A DNA stretch of 64,000 bases from Campylobacterales bacterium (GCA_027024145.1 JALVTF010000062.1:12649-76648), one strand, 5' to 3'. Positions 6,384 through 25,318 are shown, numbered from the stretch's first letter. Notes: a model not told the origin generated them from the sequence alone. Translations and numbers: made by a program.

Positions 6384-8454
6384 TGCGTTTTTTGATGATC
6401 TCTTCGGCGACGTTTCTTGGTACCTCTTCGTAGTGGTCGAACTCCATAGAATACGTACCGCGACCTTGGGTGAAAGAGCGCAGATCCGTGGAGTATCCGA
6501 ACATCTCGGCAAGCGGTACCATCGCGTTGACGATTTTGTTTCCTCCGCGATCTTCCATGCTCTGTACCTGGCCACGGCGGCGGTTGATATCGCCGATCAC
6601 GTCACCCATGTACTCTTCGGGCACTTCCACTTCCACTTTCATGATAGGCTCGAGCAGTACAGGGTTCGCTTTTTTGGCCGCTTCTTTGAAGGCCATAGAA
6701 CCGGCGATCTTGAATGCCATCTCGCTAGAGTCCACTTCGTGGTAGCTACCATCATAGAGTGTGGCTTTGACGTCTACCACAGGATAGCCTGCCACGACGC
6801 CGTTTTGCATCGCTTCTTGGATACCTTTGTCTACAGCTGGGATGTACTCTTTTGGAATCACACCACCGGTAATGTTGTTGACAAATTCATACCCTTTGCC
6901 GGGCTCTTGCGGTTCGAGCTTGATGAAGACATGTCCGTACTGACCGCGACCACCTGTTTGCTTGGCGTATTTGTACTCTTGATCCACAGGCGTTTTGATA
7001 GTTTCGCGGTATGCGACTTGTGGCTGACCCACTTCCGCATCCACTTTGAATTCGCGTTTCATACGATCCACGATGATTTCGAGGTGCAACTCGCCCATAC
7101 CAGAGATGATAGTTTGGCCTGTCTCTTCGTCTGTGTGGACGCGAAAACTCGGGTCCTCTTCAGCCAGCTTCGCCAAAGCCGTCGCCATTTTTTCTTGGTC
7201 TGCTTTGGTTTTTGGCTCTACTGCGACACTGATAACCGGTTCAGGGAACTCCATCTTTTCCAAAATGACAGGATGGTTTTCGTCGCAGAGCGTATCACCG
7301 GTAAGCGTATATTTGAGACCCACGACCGCACCGATCTCACCGGCAGGAAGCTCTTTGATCTCTTCACGTTTGTTCGCGTGCATTTTCAAAAGGCGTCCCA
7401 CGCGCTCTTTTTTCTCTTTTGTGGAGTTGAGCACGTAGCTACCGCTGGAGATCTGTCCGCGATAGACGCGGATGAAAGAGAGCTGTCCTACGAAGGGGTC
7501 AGTCATGATCTTGAAGGCGAGTGCAGCGAACGGTCCATTGTCCGTAGATTCGACGGAGACCTCTTCACCGGTTTTCGGATCGATACCTTTGATCCAATCC
7601 ACTTCGGTAGGAGCGGGCAGATAATCTACGACTGCATCGAGGAGTGTCTGCACACCCTTGTTTTTAAAAGCACTACCGCAGAGCATCGGCGTGATGCTCA
7701 TATCGAGTGTGCCTTTTTTGATACCCTTTTTGATCTCTTCAACTGTAAGCTCTTCCCCACCGAGGTATTTTTCGAGGAGCTCCTCATCCGTTTCGGCCAC
7801 GGCTTCGATCAGTTTTTCGCGGTACTCCTGGGCTTTGTCTTTGAGCTCTTCTGGGATCTCGATCACTTCATACTTCGCGCCCATCGTCTCGTCATCCCAG
7901 ACGATCCCACGCATCTCCACGAGATCCACGACACCACGGAAGTTGTCCTCAGCGCCGATAGGGATCTGAATAGGCACGGGGTTCGCTTTGAGGCGATCGC
8001 GGATTTGGCGCTCTACCTCGAAAAAGTCCGCACCGATACGGTCCATTTTGTTCACAAAGACGATGCGGGGGACATGGTATTTGTTGGCCTGGCGCCATAC
8101 CGTTTCAGACTGTGGCTGCACGCCACCTACGGCACAGAACACAGCAACTGCACCATCGAGAACACGCATGGAGCGCTCCACTTCGATAGTGAAGTCCACG
8201 TGTCCCGGTGTGTCGATGATGTTGATTTGGTGGTCACGCCAAAAACAGGTAGTCGCAGCGGAGGTAATCGTAATACCGCGCTCTTTTTCCTGCTCCATCC
8301 AGTCCATAGTCGCAGCACCCTCATGCACCTCACCGATTTTGTGGCTGATACCGGTGTAGTAGAGGATGCGCTCGGTGGTGGTCGTTTTCCCTGCATCGAT
8401 ATGCGCAGCGATACCTATGTTACGTACTTTTTCTATGGGAGTTTTTCTAGCCAT
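6376..8454 (-). CDS. fusA: Elongation factor G
   Basis: [36 protein letters not shown]; full-length EF-G. Confidence 0.97.
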   Translation of the reverse strand: MARKTPIEKVRNIGIAAHIDAGKTTTTERILYYTGISHKIGEVHEGAATMDWMEQEKERGITITSAATTCFWRDHQINIIDTPGHVDFTIEVERSMRVLDGAVAVFCAVGGVQPQSETVWRQANKYHVPRIVFVNKMDRIGADFFEVERQIRDRLKANPVPIQIPIGAEDNFRGVVDLVEMRGIVWDDETMGAKYEVIEIPEELKDKAQEYREKLIEAVAETDEELLEKYLGGEELTVEEIKKGIKKGTLDMSITPMLCGSAFKNKGVQTLLDAVVDYLPAPTEVDWIKGIDPKTGEEVSVESTDNGPFAALAFKIMTDPFVGQLSFIRVYRGQISSGSYVLNSTKEKKERVGRLLKMHANKREEIKELPAGEIGAVVGLKYTLTGDTLCDENHPVILEKMEFPEPVISVAVEPKTKADQEKMATALAKLAEEDPSFRVHTDEETGQTIISGMGELHLEIIVDRMKREFKVDAEVGQPQVAYRETIKTPVDQEYKYAKQTGGRGQYGHVFIKLEPQEPGKGYEFVNNITGGVIPKEYIPAVDKGIQEAMQNGVVAGYPVVDVKATLYDGSYHEVDSSEMAFKIAGSMAFKEAAKKANPVLLEPIMKVEVEVPEEYMGDVIGDINRRRGQVQSMEDRGGNKIVNAMVPLAEMFGYSTDLRSFTQGRGTYSMEFDHYEEVPRNVAEEIIKKRNG

Positions 8455-8492
8455 ACCTTATCCTTTGATGCGATTGATAGAAATTTTGTGTA

Positions 8493-8533
8493 ATTGTAGC
8501 GAAGAATAGCCGCAAAAGAGAACCTCTTGCGGC
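8493..8533 (-). promoter_or_regulatory. Hairpin (8509-8533) followed by a TACAAT -10-like box (8493-8498) in the 107-nt rpsG-fusA spacer
   Basis: The minus strand reads GCCGCAAGAG-gttct-CTTTTGCGGC, then tattcttcgcTACAATtac. Confidence 0.3.
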
Positions 8534-8561
8534 AGGGAGTCTTTGTGACGGACGGATTTGC

Positions 8562-9056
<495 letters not shown>

Positions 9057-9068
9057 TCAGGCGATAAG

Positions 9069-9115
9069 CTCACCTGTGGCTATGGGTGAGAGATTAAATC
9101 GCTTTAATTTCTCAC
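9069..9115 (-). promoter_or_regulatory. Mutually exclusive hairpins in the rpsL-rpsG intercistronic spacer
   Basis: The central GGTGAGA (9085-9091) can pair with CTCACC (9069-9074) or with TCTCAC (9110-9115). The second option extends through an AATTAAA/TTTAATT stem. Confidence 0.35.
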
Positions 9116-9126
9116 GTATGAATCGA

Positions 9127-9501
9127 TTATGATTTTGGTTTTTTCGTTCCGTATTTAGATCTGGATTTCTTTCTGTTTGCCACACCTGCAGTATCCAGGG
9201 CACCACGGATGATATGGTATTTCACACCAGGCAAGTCTTTTACCCTACCGCCGCGCACAAGCACGATGGAGTGCTCTTGCAGGTTATGTCCCTCACCTGG
9301 GATGTAGCTGATCACTTCATAGCCTGAAGTGAGGCGCACTTTGGCGACTTTACGAAGCGCAGAGTTCGGTTTTTTTGGAGTCGTCGTATAGACTCTCGTA
9401 CAAACGCCGCGTCGTTGCGGACATTTGACAAGAGCAGGTGATTTGGACTTTTTGATCACCTTTTTTCTCTCTTTTCTTACCAACTGGTTGATAGTAGGCA
9501 C
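9127..9501 (-). CDS. rpsL: 30S ribosomal protein S12
   Basis: [13 protein letters not shown]...[16 protein letters not shown]. The GTG at 9501 follows the SD AAGGGAGAG. The tracked TTG at 9522 would add 7 aa. Confidence 0.95.
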   Translation of the reverse strand: MPTINQLVRKERKKVIKKSKSPALVKCPQRRGVCTRVYTTTPKKPNSALRKVAKVRLTSGYEVISYIPGEGHNLQEHSIVLVRGGRVKDLPGVKYHIIRGALDTAGVANRKKSRSKYGTKKPKS

Positions 9502-9534
9502 TGTTCTCTCCCTTTCTTCCAAAATTAGTGGCTA

Positions 9535-9540
9535 ATTATA
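9535..9540 (-). promoter_or_regulatory. Putative -10 TATAAT of the rpsL-rpsG-fusA operon
   Basis: The minus strand reads cacTATAATtagcc, about 34 nt upstream of the rpsL GTG. Confidence 0.4.
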
Positions 9541-9589
9541 GTGAACTAAACTTTACAAACAGCTTAATTTAAACTTTTTCTAAGCCGAC

Positions 9590-18254
<8,665 letters not shown>

Positions 18255-18307
18255 CTAACCTCATTTTCTATGTAGTTTTACCATATGGTATTTGGAGAAG
18301 GGGGTGT

Positions 18308-18351
18308 ATTATATCGCATTTAGGTTTAAGAAGAGGAAAGGATCCTCTTCT
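18308..18351 (-). promoter_or_regulatory. rplL-rpoB spacer: 8-bp hairpin (18329-18351) and a TATAAT box (18308-18313)
   Basis: AGAAGAGG-n7-CCTCTTCT. The T-tract lies on the plus-strand side only. The minus strand reads gcgaTATAATac, 57 nt before the rpoB ATG. Confidence 0.35.
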
Positions 18352-18368
18352 ACTTTTTGGGAAAAGAT

Positions 18369-18752
18369 TTATTTAATTTCTACTTTAGCGCCGGCTTCTT
18401 CGAATTGTTTTTTGAGCTCTTCAGCTTCCTCTTTGCTGACACCTTCTTTGATGACGGTAGGTGTGTTTTCAGCAGCTTCTTTTGCTTCTTTGAGGCCAAG
18501 GCCAGTTACTTGGCGAATCACTTTAATAGTGTTGATTTTTTTCGCACCTGCATCAGTAAGAACAACATCAAATTCAGTTTTTTCTTCAGCTGCTGCACCG
18601 CCTTCAGCGCCACCAGCTGCTACTGCGCCAGCAACAACGGTAGGTTGTGCACTTACACCAAATTTTTCTTCGAATTCTTTAACAAGCTCGCTGAGCTCCA
18701 ATACGCTGAGATTAGAGATATACTCGATTACATCTTCTCTTGTACAAGCCAT
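18369..18752 (-). CDS. rplL: 50S ribosomal protein L7/L12
   Basis: [19 protein letters not shown]...[17 protein letters not shown]. Confidence 0.96.
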   Translation of the reverse strand: MACTREDVIEYISNLSVLELSELVKEFEEKFGVSAQPTVVAGAVAAGGAEGGAAAEEKTEFDVVLTDAGAKKINTIKVIRQVTGLGLKEAKEAAENTPTVIKEGVSKEEAEELKKQFEEAGAKVEIK

Positions 18753-18771
18753 TGTCTCTCCTTTTTAGTTT

Positions 18772-19284
18772 TTAGTTTTCTTTTTGTTGACGAATGTTTT
18801 CAAGCACAGTCACGAAGTTTTGCTTCGGTGCATTCCATACATACAGCAAATTGCGTAGAGGTGCAGTCCAAACAGAAAGAAGCATTCCAAGAAGCTCTTC
18901 TTTGCTTGGAAGCTTGGAGTATGCTTCGATTTTCTTTTCGTCCGCAACCTCGCCTTCGAAATACCCTTGTTTGATTTTAAAGGTGTCCTTGTTTTCCTTC
19001 GCAAAGTCAGTCACAGTCTTTGCAAGGTCCACAAGGTCATCACCCCACACGAGCACATTGGTGTCTTTAAGCACGAAGTCTTCGACGCCAATGTTTTTAA
19101 GGGCAATCATCGCAAGCGTGTTTTTGACCACGCGGACTTTGAGTCCTTTTTCCTTTGCAACTTTACGCAAGGCTTCGAGCTGAGGAACACTCATACCTTT
19201 GTAGTCGCAATCGATGATTGCCGCAGCGTTTTTAAACTCTTCGGTGAGGTAATTGACCACCTCTTCTTTTTGGCTGCGTGTCAA
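18772..19284 (-). CDS. rplJ: 50S ribosomal protein L10
   Basis: L10 family sequence in the conserved position. TTG start 9 nt after AGGAGG. Confidence 0.93.
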   Translation of the reverse strand: MTRSQKEEVVNYLTEEFKNAAAIIDCDYKGMSVPQLEALRKVAKEKGLKVRVVKNTLAMIALKNIGVEDFVLKDTNVLVWGDDLVDLAKTVTDFAKENKDTFKIKQGYFEGEVADEKKIEAYSKLPSKEELLGMLLSVWTAPLRNLLYVWNAPKQNFVTVLENIRQQKEN

Positions 19285-19363
19285 AGCTTTTTACCTCCTT
19301 TCCGACAGAAGACTTCAAGCAGGTCTTATGGTTGCCCGCTATCTTCAGTCTAAGATAAAGCCC

Positions 19364-20071
19364 TTAGTCTTTGATATCCATAAGTTCTTGCGTATCGAGC
19401 TCGACAGCCGGACTCATAGTCAAAGAGATCGCGCCGTGACGAATATAGCGCCCCTTCGCTGCGGCCGGTTTGAGTTTGTTGATTTGTGCGACGAATGCTT
19501 CGAGGTTCTCTTTGAGGGCCTCTTCGCTAAAGCTCGCTTTCCCGATACCAGCGTGAATGTTCCCTTTTTTATCGACACGAAAGTTGACTTGTCCCGCTTT
19601 CGCGTTTTTTACAGCCTGGCAAACATCCATTGTCACAGTGCCGGTTTTTGGGTTTGGCATGAGCCCTTTAGGCCCGAGGATTCTACCGATTTTACCCACA
19701 AGACCCATCATATCGGGTGTCGCGATAGCGATATCGAAGTTGATATTACCGCTTTGGATCTCTTCTACGAGATCTTCGGCTCCCACGATATCTGCGCCAC
19801 ATTCTTTGGCTTCATCTGCTTTCGCACCTTTTGCGAAAACTGCGACGCGTACAGTTTTGCCTGTTCCATGAGGAAGGACTACGGATCCTCGCACCATCTG
19901 ATCGGCATGGCGTGGATCGACACCGAGTCTAAGGGCAAGTTCGACAGTTTCATCAAATTTGGCAGATTTGAGTTCTTTTACTTTTTTGACAGCTTCGTCT
20001 ACTGAGTAGATTTTGCCTTTTTCTATCTTTTCTAATAGTTGTTGATATCTCTTTGAATGTTTTTTAGCCAT
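19364..20071 (-). CDS. rplA: 50S ribosomal protein L1
   Basis: [39 protein letters not shown]. Confidence 0.96.
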   Translation of the reverse strand: MAKKHSKRYQQLLEKIEKGKIYSVDEAVKKVKELKSAKFDETVELALRLGVDPRHADQMVRGSVVLPHGTGKTVRVAVFAKGAKADEAKECGADIVGAEDLVEEIQSGNINFDIAIATPDMMGLVGKIGRILGPKGLMPNPKTGTVTMDVCQAVKNAKAGQVNFRVDKKGNIHAGIGKASFSEEALKENLEAFVAQINKLKPAAAKGRYIRHGAISLTMSPAVELDTQELMDIKD

Positions 20072-20127
20072 TATTCACTCCGCATTGGTTTTTTGCTACC
20101 ACGTTATTTAAGATCCTGTGGTGAGGA

Positions 20128-20553
20128 TCAGTCGACGATCTCTACACCCATGCTTCTGCAGCTGCCTGCGATGATCTTCTTGGCAGCTTCGATATCGGTA
20201 GTATTGAGATCGGGCATTTTCGTCTTTGCGATCTCTTCGAGTTGTGCAGTGGTGATTTTGCCCACTTTGTTTTTGAGTGGGTTGTCACTCCCTTTTTGGA
20301 TACCAGCTGCTTTTTTGATGAGATCTGTAGCAGGTGGCTGTTTCGTAACAAACGTAAAGCTTCTATCGTTATAGACGGTGATCACGACAGGGATATTGAA
20401 TCCCATCATATCCTTTGTCTTTTCGTTGAAAGCTTTACAAAACTCCATAATGTTTACACCACGCTGACCAAGCGCTGGTCCTACAGGAGGAGAAGGATTT
20501 GCTTTTCCGGCTGGAATTTGCAGTTTAAACTGGTCTACTACTTTTTTCGCCAT
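20128..20553 (-). CDS. rplK: 50S ribosomal protein L11
   Basis: [34 protein letters not shown]. Confidence 0.96.
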   Translation of the reverse strand: MAKKVVDQFKLQIPAGKANPSPPVGPALGQRGVNIMEFCKAFNEKTKDMMGFNIPVVITVYNDRSFTFVTKQPPATDLIKKAAGIQKGSDNPLKNKVGKITTAQLEEIAKTKMPDLNTTDIEAAKKIIAGSCRSMGVEIVD

Positions 20554-20571
20554 TTCTTTCCTTTCTTAGAC

Positions 20572-21102
20572 TTAGATAATCTTTTCTACTTGCGTATAGA
20601 GGATCTCCACCGGGGTACTTCGTCCGAAGATGGAGACATTGAGCTTGAGTTTTCCATGCTCCATATCGTACTCTTCTACTACACCGGTGAAGTTCGCAAA
20701 AGGACCTTCCGTAATGCGCACCATCTCTCCAGGCTCGTAGGAGATTTTCGGTTTTGGAGCACCCTTTTTCTCCGTTTTTTCCAAAATCTTTTTTACATCC
20801 TCTTCACTGATAGCCGTCGGTTTTTTCGATTCACCGATAAATCGTGATACGCGCGGCAGGCTCTGAATTTTTTGCCATAGATCCGTATCGAGATCGATAT
20901 TGGCAAATACATAGCCAGGGTAAATGCTTCGCTCAGTAATCTTCTTTTTGCCGTTTTTTACTTCGATGACATCTTCAGTTGGCACAACGACTTGTTTGAT
21001 TCTCTCTTCGAGATGCTCTTCTTTTGCGAGATTCTCTATCGCAGTTTTTACAGCTTTTTCGCTGCCTGCGTATACCTGTATCGCATACCATTTATGTGCC
21101 AT
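20572..21102 (-). CDS. nusG: Transcription termination/antitermination factor NusG
   Basis: [18 protein letters not shown] domain and a C-terminal KOW ([18 protein letters not shown]). Confidence 0.95.
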   Translation of the reverse strand: MAHKWYAIQVYAGSEKAVKTAIENLAKEEHLEERIKQVVVPTEDVIEVKNGKKKITERSIYPGYVFANIDLDTDLWQKIQSLPRVSRFIGESKKPTAISEEDVKKILEKTEKKGAPKPKISYEPGEMVRITEGPFANFTGVVEEYDMEHGKLKLNVSIFGRSTPVEILYTQVEKII

Positions 21103-21115
21103 AAATTTCCTTACC

Positions 21116-21295
21116 TTACATTATGTGAGACAATATGAACGACATTGTCCCATCGACAAGAGCCAAAAAGAGTGACACCACCGTTACTACGATGAAAACA
21201 GCGATATATGCGTTCTTCACTTGCTCTTTGGTCGGAAAAATAACTTTATGTAACTCTTCTTTGGCTTTGTGAAAATAGTCAATAAATTTTTCCAT
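21116..21295 (-). CDS. secE: Preprotein translocase subunit SecE (59 aa, below the ORF-track cutoff)
   Basis: Hand translation: MEKFIDYFHKAKEELHKVIFPTKEQVKNAYIAVFIVVTVVSLFLALVDGTMSFILSHIM. Single TM. Conserved position upstream of nusG. Confidence 0.85.
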   Translation of the reverse strand: MEKFIDYFHKAKEELHKVIFPTKEQVKNAYIAVFIVVTVVSLFLALVDGTMSFILSHIM

Positions 21296-21313
21296 GGTTT
21301 TCCTTGGTTACCG

Positions 21314-21389
21314 TGGCAGGGCAGGAGGGACTCGAACCCCCGGCCTGCGGTTTTGGAGACCGCTGCTCTACCAACTGAGCTACTGCCCT
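21314..21389 (-). tRNA. tRNA-Trp (anticodon CCA)
   Basis: AGGGCAG acceptor, anticodon loop CTCCAAA, GGTTCGAGTCC T-loop, encoded CCA. Confidence 0.9.
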
Positions 21390-21391
21390 AT

Positions 21392-21421
21392 CAAAAAAGG
21401 TAAAAGCGAATGCTTTTACCT
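21392..21421 (-). terminator. Intrinsic terminator-like hairpin + T6 directly after rpmG
   Basis: The minus strand reads AGGTAAAAGC-attc-GCTTTTACC-TTTTTT. It starts 1 nt after the rpmG stop, and its T-tract ends 3 nt before the tRNA-Trp 5' end. Confidence 0.55.
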
Positions 21422-21422
21422 C

Positions 21423-21575
21423 TTACAGTTTTGCTTCTTTATGCACTGTGTGCTGTTTACAAAATTTACAATATTTTCTGATTTCGAACTTCTCTGGATG
21501 CGTTTTTTTGTTTTTTGTCGTGTGGTAGTTTCTTCTGCCACACTTTTCACATGCCAAGTGGATAATATCTCTCAT
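21423..21575 (-). CDS. rpmG: 50S ribosomal protein L33 (50 aa, below the ORF-track cutoff)
   Basis: Hand translation: [50 protein letters not shown], the Zn-ribbon CxxC...CxxC form. Confidence 0.9.
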   Translation of the reverse strand: MRDIIHLACEKCGRRNYHTTKNKKTHPEKFEIRKYCKFCKQHTVHKEAKL

Positions 21576-21613
21576 TATTCGCCCTTACGTATGCAGGGGA
21601 CAAGCCCCTGGCA

Positions 21614-22813
21614 TTATTCGATGATTTTACTTACAACACCTGCACCAACAGTTCTACCACCTTCGCGGATAGCGAAGCGAGTTCCCTCTTCGAGAGCGAT
21701 AGGAGCGATAAGTTCTGCAGTGATTTTTACATTGTCACCAGGCATAACCATCTCTACGCCCTCAGGGAGTGTGATAGTACCAGTTACGTCAGTTGTACGT
21801 ACATAGAATTGTGGTCTATATCCGCTGAAGAATGGAGTGTGGCGTCCACCTTCCTCTTTTGTAAGGATATAGACTTCCGCTTCGAATTTCGTGTGAGGTG
21901 TGATAGATCCTGGTTGTGCGAGAACTTGACCGCGTTCAACCTCTTCTTTTTTCGTACCGCGAAGAAGTACACCGACGTTATCACCGGCTTCACCTTGGTC
22001 AAGCTCTTTTCTAAACATTTCAACGCCAGTGACAGTTGTTTTTTGTGTTGGGCGAAGACCTACGATCTCTACTTCGTCACCCACTTTAACTACACCACGC
22101 TCGATTCTACCGGTCACAACGGTACCACGACCAGAGATAGAGAATACGTCTTCGATTGGCATCAAGAATGGTTTATCGATGTCGCGTTCTGGAGTAGGAA
22201 TGTACTCATCCACAGCTTCCATGAGCTTGAGGATTTTTTCACTCCAAGGTCCGATTTTGCCCTCTTTCGCTTCTTCGAGTGCTTTAAGAGCAGAACCTGC
22301 GATGACAGGTACATCATCTCCAGGGAAGTCATATTCGTTGAGCAGTTCGCGAACTTCCATTTCTACAAGTTCGAGAAGTTCAGGATCGTCTACCATGTCC
22401 TCTTTGTTGAGGAATACAACGATGTAAGGAACACCAACTTGGCGTGCAAGAAGGATGTGCTCACGAGTTTGTGGCATAGGACCGTCTGCTGCAGAAACAA
22501 CGAGGATCGCACCGTCCATCTGTGCAGCACCGGTGATCATGTTTTTGACGTAGTCGGCGTGTCCAGGACAGTCGACGTGCGCATAGTGGCGTTTGTCTGT
22601 TTCATACTCTACGTGAGAAGTAGCGATCGTAATACCGCGTTCTCTCTCTTCAGGAGCGTTGTCGATTTGGTCGTAATCTCTTTTTTCTGCGTACCCTTTT
22701 TCTGCAAGCACTGCAGTGATCGCAGCTGTAAGGGTAGTTTTACCATGGTCAACGTGTCCGATCGTACCGATGTTGACGTGTGGCTTGGTCTTGACGAACT
22801 TTTCTTTTGCCAT
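21614..22813 (-). CDS. tuf: Elongation factor Tu
   Basis: [29 protein letters not shown]; full-length EF-Tu. Confidence 0.98.
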   Translation of the reverse strand: MAKEKFVKTKPHVNIGTIGHVDHGKTTLTAAITAVLAEKGYAEKRDYDQIDNAPEERERGITIATSHVEYETDKRHYAHVDCPGHADYVKNMITGAAQMDGAILVVSAADGPMPQTREHILLARQVGVPYIVVFLNKEDMVDDPELLELVEMEVRELLNEYDFPGDDVPVIAGSALKALEEAKEGKIGPWSEKILKLMEAVDEYIPTPERDIDKPFLMPIEDVFSISGRGTVVTGRIERGVVKVGDEVEIVGLRPTQKTTVTGVEMFRKELDQGEAGDNVGVLLRGTKKEEVERGQVLAQPGSITPHTKFEAEVYILTKEEGGRHTPFFSGYRPQFYVRTTDVTGTITLPEGVEMVMPGDNVKITAELIAPIALEEGTRFAIREGGRTVGAGVVSKIIE

Positions 22814-22848
22814 TATCTTCCTCCATTGAAATTTAAAATAGCGGCCTA

Positions 22849-22854
22849 ATTATA
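22849..22854 (-). promoter_or_regulatory. Putative extended -10 (TGgTATAAT) upstream of tuf
   Basis: The minus strand reads ttTGgTATAATtagg, 36 nt before the tuf ATG and downstream of the tRNA cluster. Confidence 0.4.
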
Positions 22855-22888
22855 CCAAAATTTTACGGTGACCCCAAACGTTACATCA

Positions 22889-22963
<75 letters not shown>

Positions 22964-23046
22964 ATCTGAATGTAACAGCATGATAGCGTTGTTGGAAGCG
23001 AAACTATGTAGGTACGAGAAGCTACATTAGTTCAGCTCCCAGTTTA

Positions 23047-23123
23047 TGGAGCGGGAGACGGGACTCGAACCCGCGACCCTCAGCTTGGAAGGCTGATGCT
23101 CTAGCCAACTGAGCTACTCCCGC
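23047..23123 (-). tRNA. tRNA-Gly (anticodon TCC)
   Basis: GCGGGAG acceptor, anticodon loop CTTCCAA, GGTTCGAGTCC T-loop, encoded CCA. Confidence 0.9.
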
Positions 23124-23127
23124 GTCA

Positions 23128-23213
23128 TGGTGGTGGGAGGAGGATTCGAACCTCCGAAGGCAAAAGCCAGCAGATTTACAGTCTGCCCCCGTTGGCCGCT
23201 TGGGTATCCCACC
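23128..23213 (-). tRNA. tRNA-Tyr (anticodon GTA, long variable arm)
   Basis: GGTGGGA acceptor, anticodon loop CTGTAAA, long variable arm (86 nt in total), encoded CCA. Confidence 0.9.
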
Positions 23214-23238
23214 ATGTACTGGTCAAACGCTGAAATCA

Positions 23239-23315
23239 TGGAGCCGGCGGAGGGACTCGAACCCACGACCTGCTGATTACAAATCAGCTGCTCTAGCCAA
23301 CTGAGCTACGCCGGC
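23239..23315 (-). tRNA. tRNA-Thr (anticodon TGT)
   Basis: GCCGGCG acceptor, anticodon loop TTTGTAA, encoded CCA. Confidence 0.9.
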
Positions 23316-23335
23316 ATCATTAATGGACGAGTGGA

Positions 23336-23364
23336 ATTATATTGAAAAATTTTTTGGCTGTCAA
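23336..23364 (-). promoter_or_regulatory. Consensus sigma-70 promoter TTGACA-N17-TATAAT for the tRNA-tuf cluster
   Basis: The minus strand reads cTTGACAgccaaaaaatttttcaaTATAATtcc. The -35 starts 11 nt after the tkt stop. The -10 ends 20 nt before the tRNA-Thr 5' end. Confidence 0.65.
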
Positions 23365-23374
23365 GAGCTTGGGC

Positions 23375-25315
23375 TTAGCCCAGAAGCTCTTGTGCTTTTT
23401 GGATGACGTTTTCGATAGTAAAGCCAAACTCTTTGAAAAGCACGCCACCGGGGCCACTGGCACCGAAGCGATTTTCCATACTTACCACCATGTCTGCGAA
23501 ACGATACCACTCGATAGCACTGGCCGCCTCGATGGCCAGCACTTTCGTGGCGGGATCGAACACCGCTTTACGATACTCCTCGTCTTGCTCCAAAAAAAGC
23601 TCTATGCACGGCATGCTGACGATATTGGCGTTGATCCCTTTTTCTTCCAGGTGGCAGCCCGCTTGCAGTGCCAGCATCACTTCACTACCGCTTGCCGCGA
23701 TTGTGAGCACGGCGTTGTCGCGTTTTTTGATGATGTAGCCGCCGCGGCTCGGATCGCCAAAATCTCGTTCGGGCTTGAGGGTTTTGAGTTTTTGGCGAGA
23801 TAGGGCAAAACCACAAGGCTTGTCGAGCTTAAGTGCTACTTTCCAGCACTCCACGTTTTCGCTGGCATCGGCTGGACGAAACATGTAGAAATTGGGCAAT
23901 GCACGAAAAGTTGTCAGCTGCTCGATGGGCTGGTGCGTGGGACCGTCTTCGCCCACACCGATGCTGTCATGGGTCCAGATGAAGTAGTTTTTGAGTTGAG
24001 AGAGTGCCGCTATGCGCACGGCGGCTTTTTGGTAGTCGCTAAAGACGAAAAACGTAGCGTTAAATGGAATGAGCAATCCATAAGCTGCCATACCGTTTGT
24101 GATGGCACCCATGGCGTGCTCGCGGATACCGAAATGGAAGTTCTTTCCATTTGGGAAGTCTCCCATACCTTGGAGATAGGTTTTGTTCGATGGCGCCAAA
24201 TCCGCACTGCCTCCGACGAATCCAGGAAGCGCTTTTGCGATGGCGTTGAGAATCTTACCGTTGCTCTCACGCGTAGCCACCATGCTACCTGGCTCGAACT
24301 GAGGCCACTCGATGCTCTCGAAATCAGGGTTTTCGAGGCGTGCAAGCATCTCGTTTTGCTCTTTGTAAGGAGATTCGGTAATGAGCTTTTTCCATTCGCG
24401 CTCGGCAAGCTCCCCTTTTTCTACCGCGCAGCGAAAGCGTGCTAGCACATCTTCTGGCACATAGAAGTGCTCGTCGGGTGGGAAACCTGCTTTTTCCTTG
24501 GCACAGCGGATATCCTCTTCGCCTAACGGCGCGCCGTGGGAGTGGGGATCGCCTTCGTAATGGCAGCTCCCTTTAGCGATGGTGGTGTGGGCGATAATGA
24601 GTACCGGCTTTTTGCGTTTTTTGGCCCAGCGCAGTGCCGCGTCGATATCTTCGTAGTCGTGGCCGTTAACCTCTGTCACCTCCCAGTTTTGGGCTTCGAA
24701 GCGGCGTTTTACATCTTCGTTCCACGCTAATGACGTATCCCCTTCGATGGTGATGTGGTTGCTGTCATAGATCATGATGAGATTATCCAGTCCGAAGCGT
24801 CCTGCAAGAGCACAGGCTTCGTAGCTAATCCCCTCTTCCAAATCCCCATCACCGCACAGGCAGTAGACGTTGTGATCGATGATTTTGGTAGTTTCGGTAT
24901 TGAGTAGGTGCGCTGCATATTTGGCGGCCATCGCCATACCCACGGCATTGGCCACGCCTTGCCCGAGGGGCCCAGTGGTGATCTCCACGCCTGGGGTGTG
25001 TCCATATTCGGGGTGACCGGGGGTTTTGGAGCCAAACTGGCGAAACTCCTTGAGGTCTTCGAGGCTCACATCATAACCCCACAGATAGAGCAGTGAATAG
25101 ATAAGCCCTGTGGCGTGGCCGCCGCTAAAGACGAGGCGATCGCGGTTCAGCCATTTTGGGTTTTTGGGGTTATGGCGCAGGTGCTGCGAGAGCACCACCG
25201 CTACGTCTGCGAGGCCCAGCACCACTCCGGGATGCCCGCTATTGGCCTTTTGGATCATGTCGAGCCCAAGAAATCTAATGGTATCGGCCATCTTTTTGAG
25301 CATTTTGGTATTCAT
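23375..25315 (-). CDS. tkt: Transketolase
   Basis: ANSGHPG, GDGDLEEGISYEA, THDSIGVGEDGPTHQP. Confidence 0.96.
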   Translation of the reverse strand: MNTKMLKKMADTIRFLGLDMIQKANSGHPGVVLGLADVAVVLSQHLRHNPKNPKWLNRDRLVFSGGHATGLIYSLLYLWGYDVSLEDLKEFRQFGSKTPGHPEYGHTPGVEITTGPLGQGVANAVGMAMAAKYAAHLLNTETTKIIDHNVYCLCGDGDLEEGISYEACALAGRFGLDNLIMIYDSNHITIEGDTSLAWNEDVKRRFEAQNWEVTEVNGHDYEDIDAALRWAKKRKKPVLIIAHTTIAKGSCHYEGDPHSHGAPLGEEDIRCAKEKAGFPPDEHFYVPEDVLARFRCAVEKGELAEREWKKLITESPYKEQNEMLARLENPDFESIEWPQFEPGSMVATRESNGKILNAIAKALPGFVGGSADLAPSNKTYLQGMGDFPNGKNFHFGIREHAMGAITNGMAAYGLLIPFNATFFVFSDYQKAAVRIAALSQLKNYFIWTHDSIGVGEDGPTHQPIEQLTTFRALPNFYMFRPADASENVECWKVALKLDKPCGFALSRQKLKTLKPERDFGDPSRGGYIIKKRDNAVLTIAASGSEVMLALQAGCHLEEKGINANIVSMPCIELFLEQDEEYRKAVFDPATKVLAIEAASAIEWYRFADMVVSMENRFGASGPGGVLFKEFGFTIENVIQKAQELLG

Positions 25316-25318
25316 GCG

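Noticed and set aside
6343-8493. A 716-aa plus-strand ORF antisense to the whole of fusA. There are similar long antisense ORFs over other genes:
- tuf (21809-22849);
- rpoA (29950-30954);
- rpsD/rpsK (31109-31990);
- rplA (19253-20005);
- rpoC (10535-11680, 12677-13456);
- rpoB (14418-15281);
- the PglF-like gene (206-1378).
   Set aside because: - The fusA, tuf and rpoA cases are codon-aligned shadow frames, which I checked arithmetically. These frames stay open simply because the genes avoid the codons TTA, CTA and TCA.
- The translations are low-complexity (F/D/H/V-rich) with no recognisable family.
- The sense-strand products are unambiguous.
21294-21806. A 170-aa plus-strand ORF spanning tRNA-Trp and the antisense of rpmG and the tuf 3' end. 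The ORFs at 56304-56545 over tRNA-Ala and at 6075-6395 over tRNA-Arg and the cupin gene are similar.
   Set aside because: They run across tRNA genes and conserved CDSs on the opposite strand, and they match no recognisable family.
22964-23046. An 83-nt spacer between tRNA-Thr(GGT) and tRNA-Gly, longer than the other tRNA spacers (4 and 25 nt), considered as a possible small RNA or degraded tRNA.
   Set aside because: It has only a weak 6-bp hairpin (ATGTAG/CTACAT), no cloverleaf and no promoter or terminator. It is most simply a processing spacer.
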